DNA of 63,088 nucleotides, counting the filler, from Reclinomonas americana ATCC 50394 (lineage: Eukaryota): assembly GCA_048213135.1 (NCBI GenBank). It is 6 parts of 3 records of this genome, joined end to end, with 100 filler letters (N's around TTAATTAATTAA, not from the genome) between each part and the next. Parts side by side here need not be neighbours in the genome. Positions count along the whole stretch, not along the records: positions 57,843 to 63,088 come from PS015192.1; 5 more parts are not named here. One strand, written 5' to 3'. The position numbers and the translations under genes are program-made. The stretch's first letter is position 1. Every line of letters starts with the position of its first letter. Shown piece by piece: positions 62,933-63,088 of this stretch. The notes below the pieces were generated by a model. That model searched no databases and was not told the DNA's origin. It was given only the letters and a program-made list of their open reading frames with translations.

Positions 62933-63027
62933 GTCAGTAAATGCGACACTGTCAGACACGATGTAAGAGAGAGAGGCGCACACACACACACGTGCACGCG
63001 CAAAGGAGAGCACGCTTGTGCACGTGA

Positions 63028-63030
<3 letters not shown>

Positions 63031-63071
<41 letters not shown>
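63031..63071 (+). repeat. (GA)n microsatellite in an intron
   Basis: Uninterrupted AG run. Confidence 0.93.
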
Positions 63072-63072
<1 letters not shown>

Positions 63073-63088
63073 GAGGAGGTATGTGTGC

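Noticed and set aside
1-63088. Alternative genetic code or stop-codon readthrough
   Set aside because: In-frame stops fall inside GT-AG introns, and TGA, TAA and TAG all end genes (AK9, CCDC81, Myb).
1-63088. CRISPR arrays, rRNA/tRNA genes, autonomous transposons
   Set aside because: No repeat-spacer array, recognisable structural RNA, transposase or reverse transcriptase motif was seen. Small RNAs could be missed by eye.

Overview
Intron-rich, GC-rich eukaryotic DNA, probably from a flagellated protist (AK9 and CCDC81 homologues); the lineage cannot be fixed from this sequence. The window is six scaffolds concatenated with artificial N-TTAATTAATTAA-N linkers, so adjacency across linkers is meaningless. 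About 21 spliced genes or gene fragments were modelled by hand: AK9, WD40, CCDC81, a coiled-coil protein with tandem ubiquitin-like domains, Myb, homeobox, TMEM18, Mis18, PH-domain, BLTP3/UHRF1BP1-like, alpha/beta hydrolase, TmcB-like PAS adenylate cyclase, LRR, ankyrin, a degenerate myosin, THH1/TOM1-like, RRM-WW and others. The main observation is that 30 introns, whose boundaries are fixed by reading frame and conserved motifs, begin with GTTGCG, and none of them has G as the last exon base. This looks like the organism's ordinary G|GTGCG donor shifted by one nucleotide, i.e. a major class of shifted/bulged-register 5' splice sites. Also notable: a myosin-like protein with destroyed P-loop and switch motifs, an E50 homeodomain, and three gap-flanked segments that are flipped but rejoin their genes seamlessly. 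All family calls come from motif recognition, not database searches.
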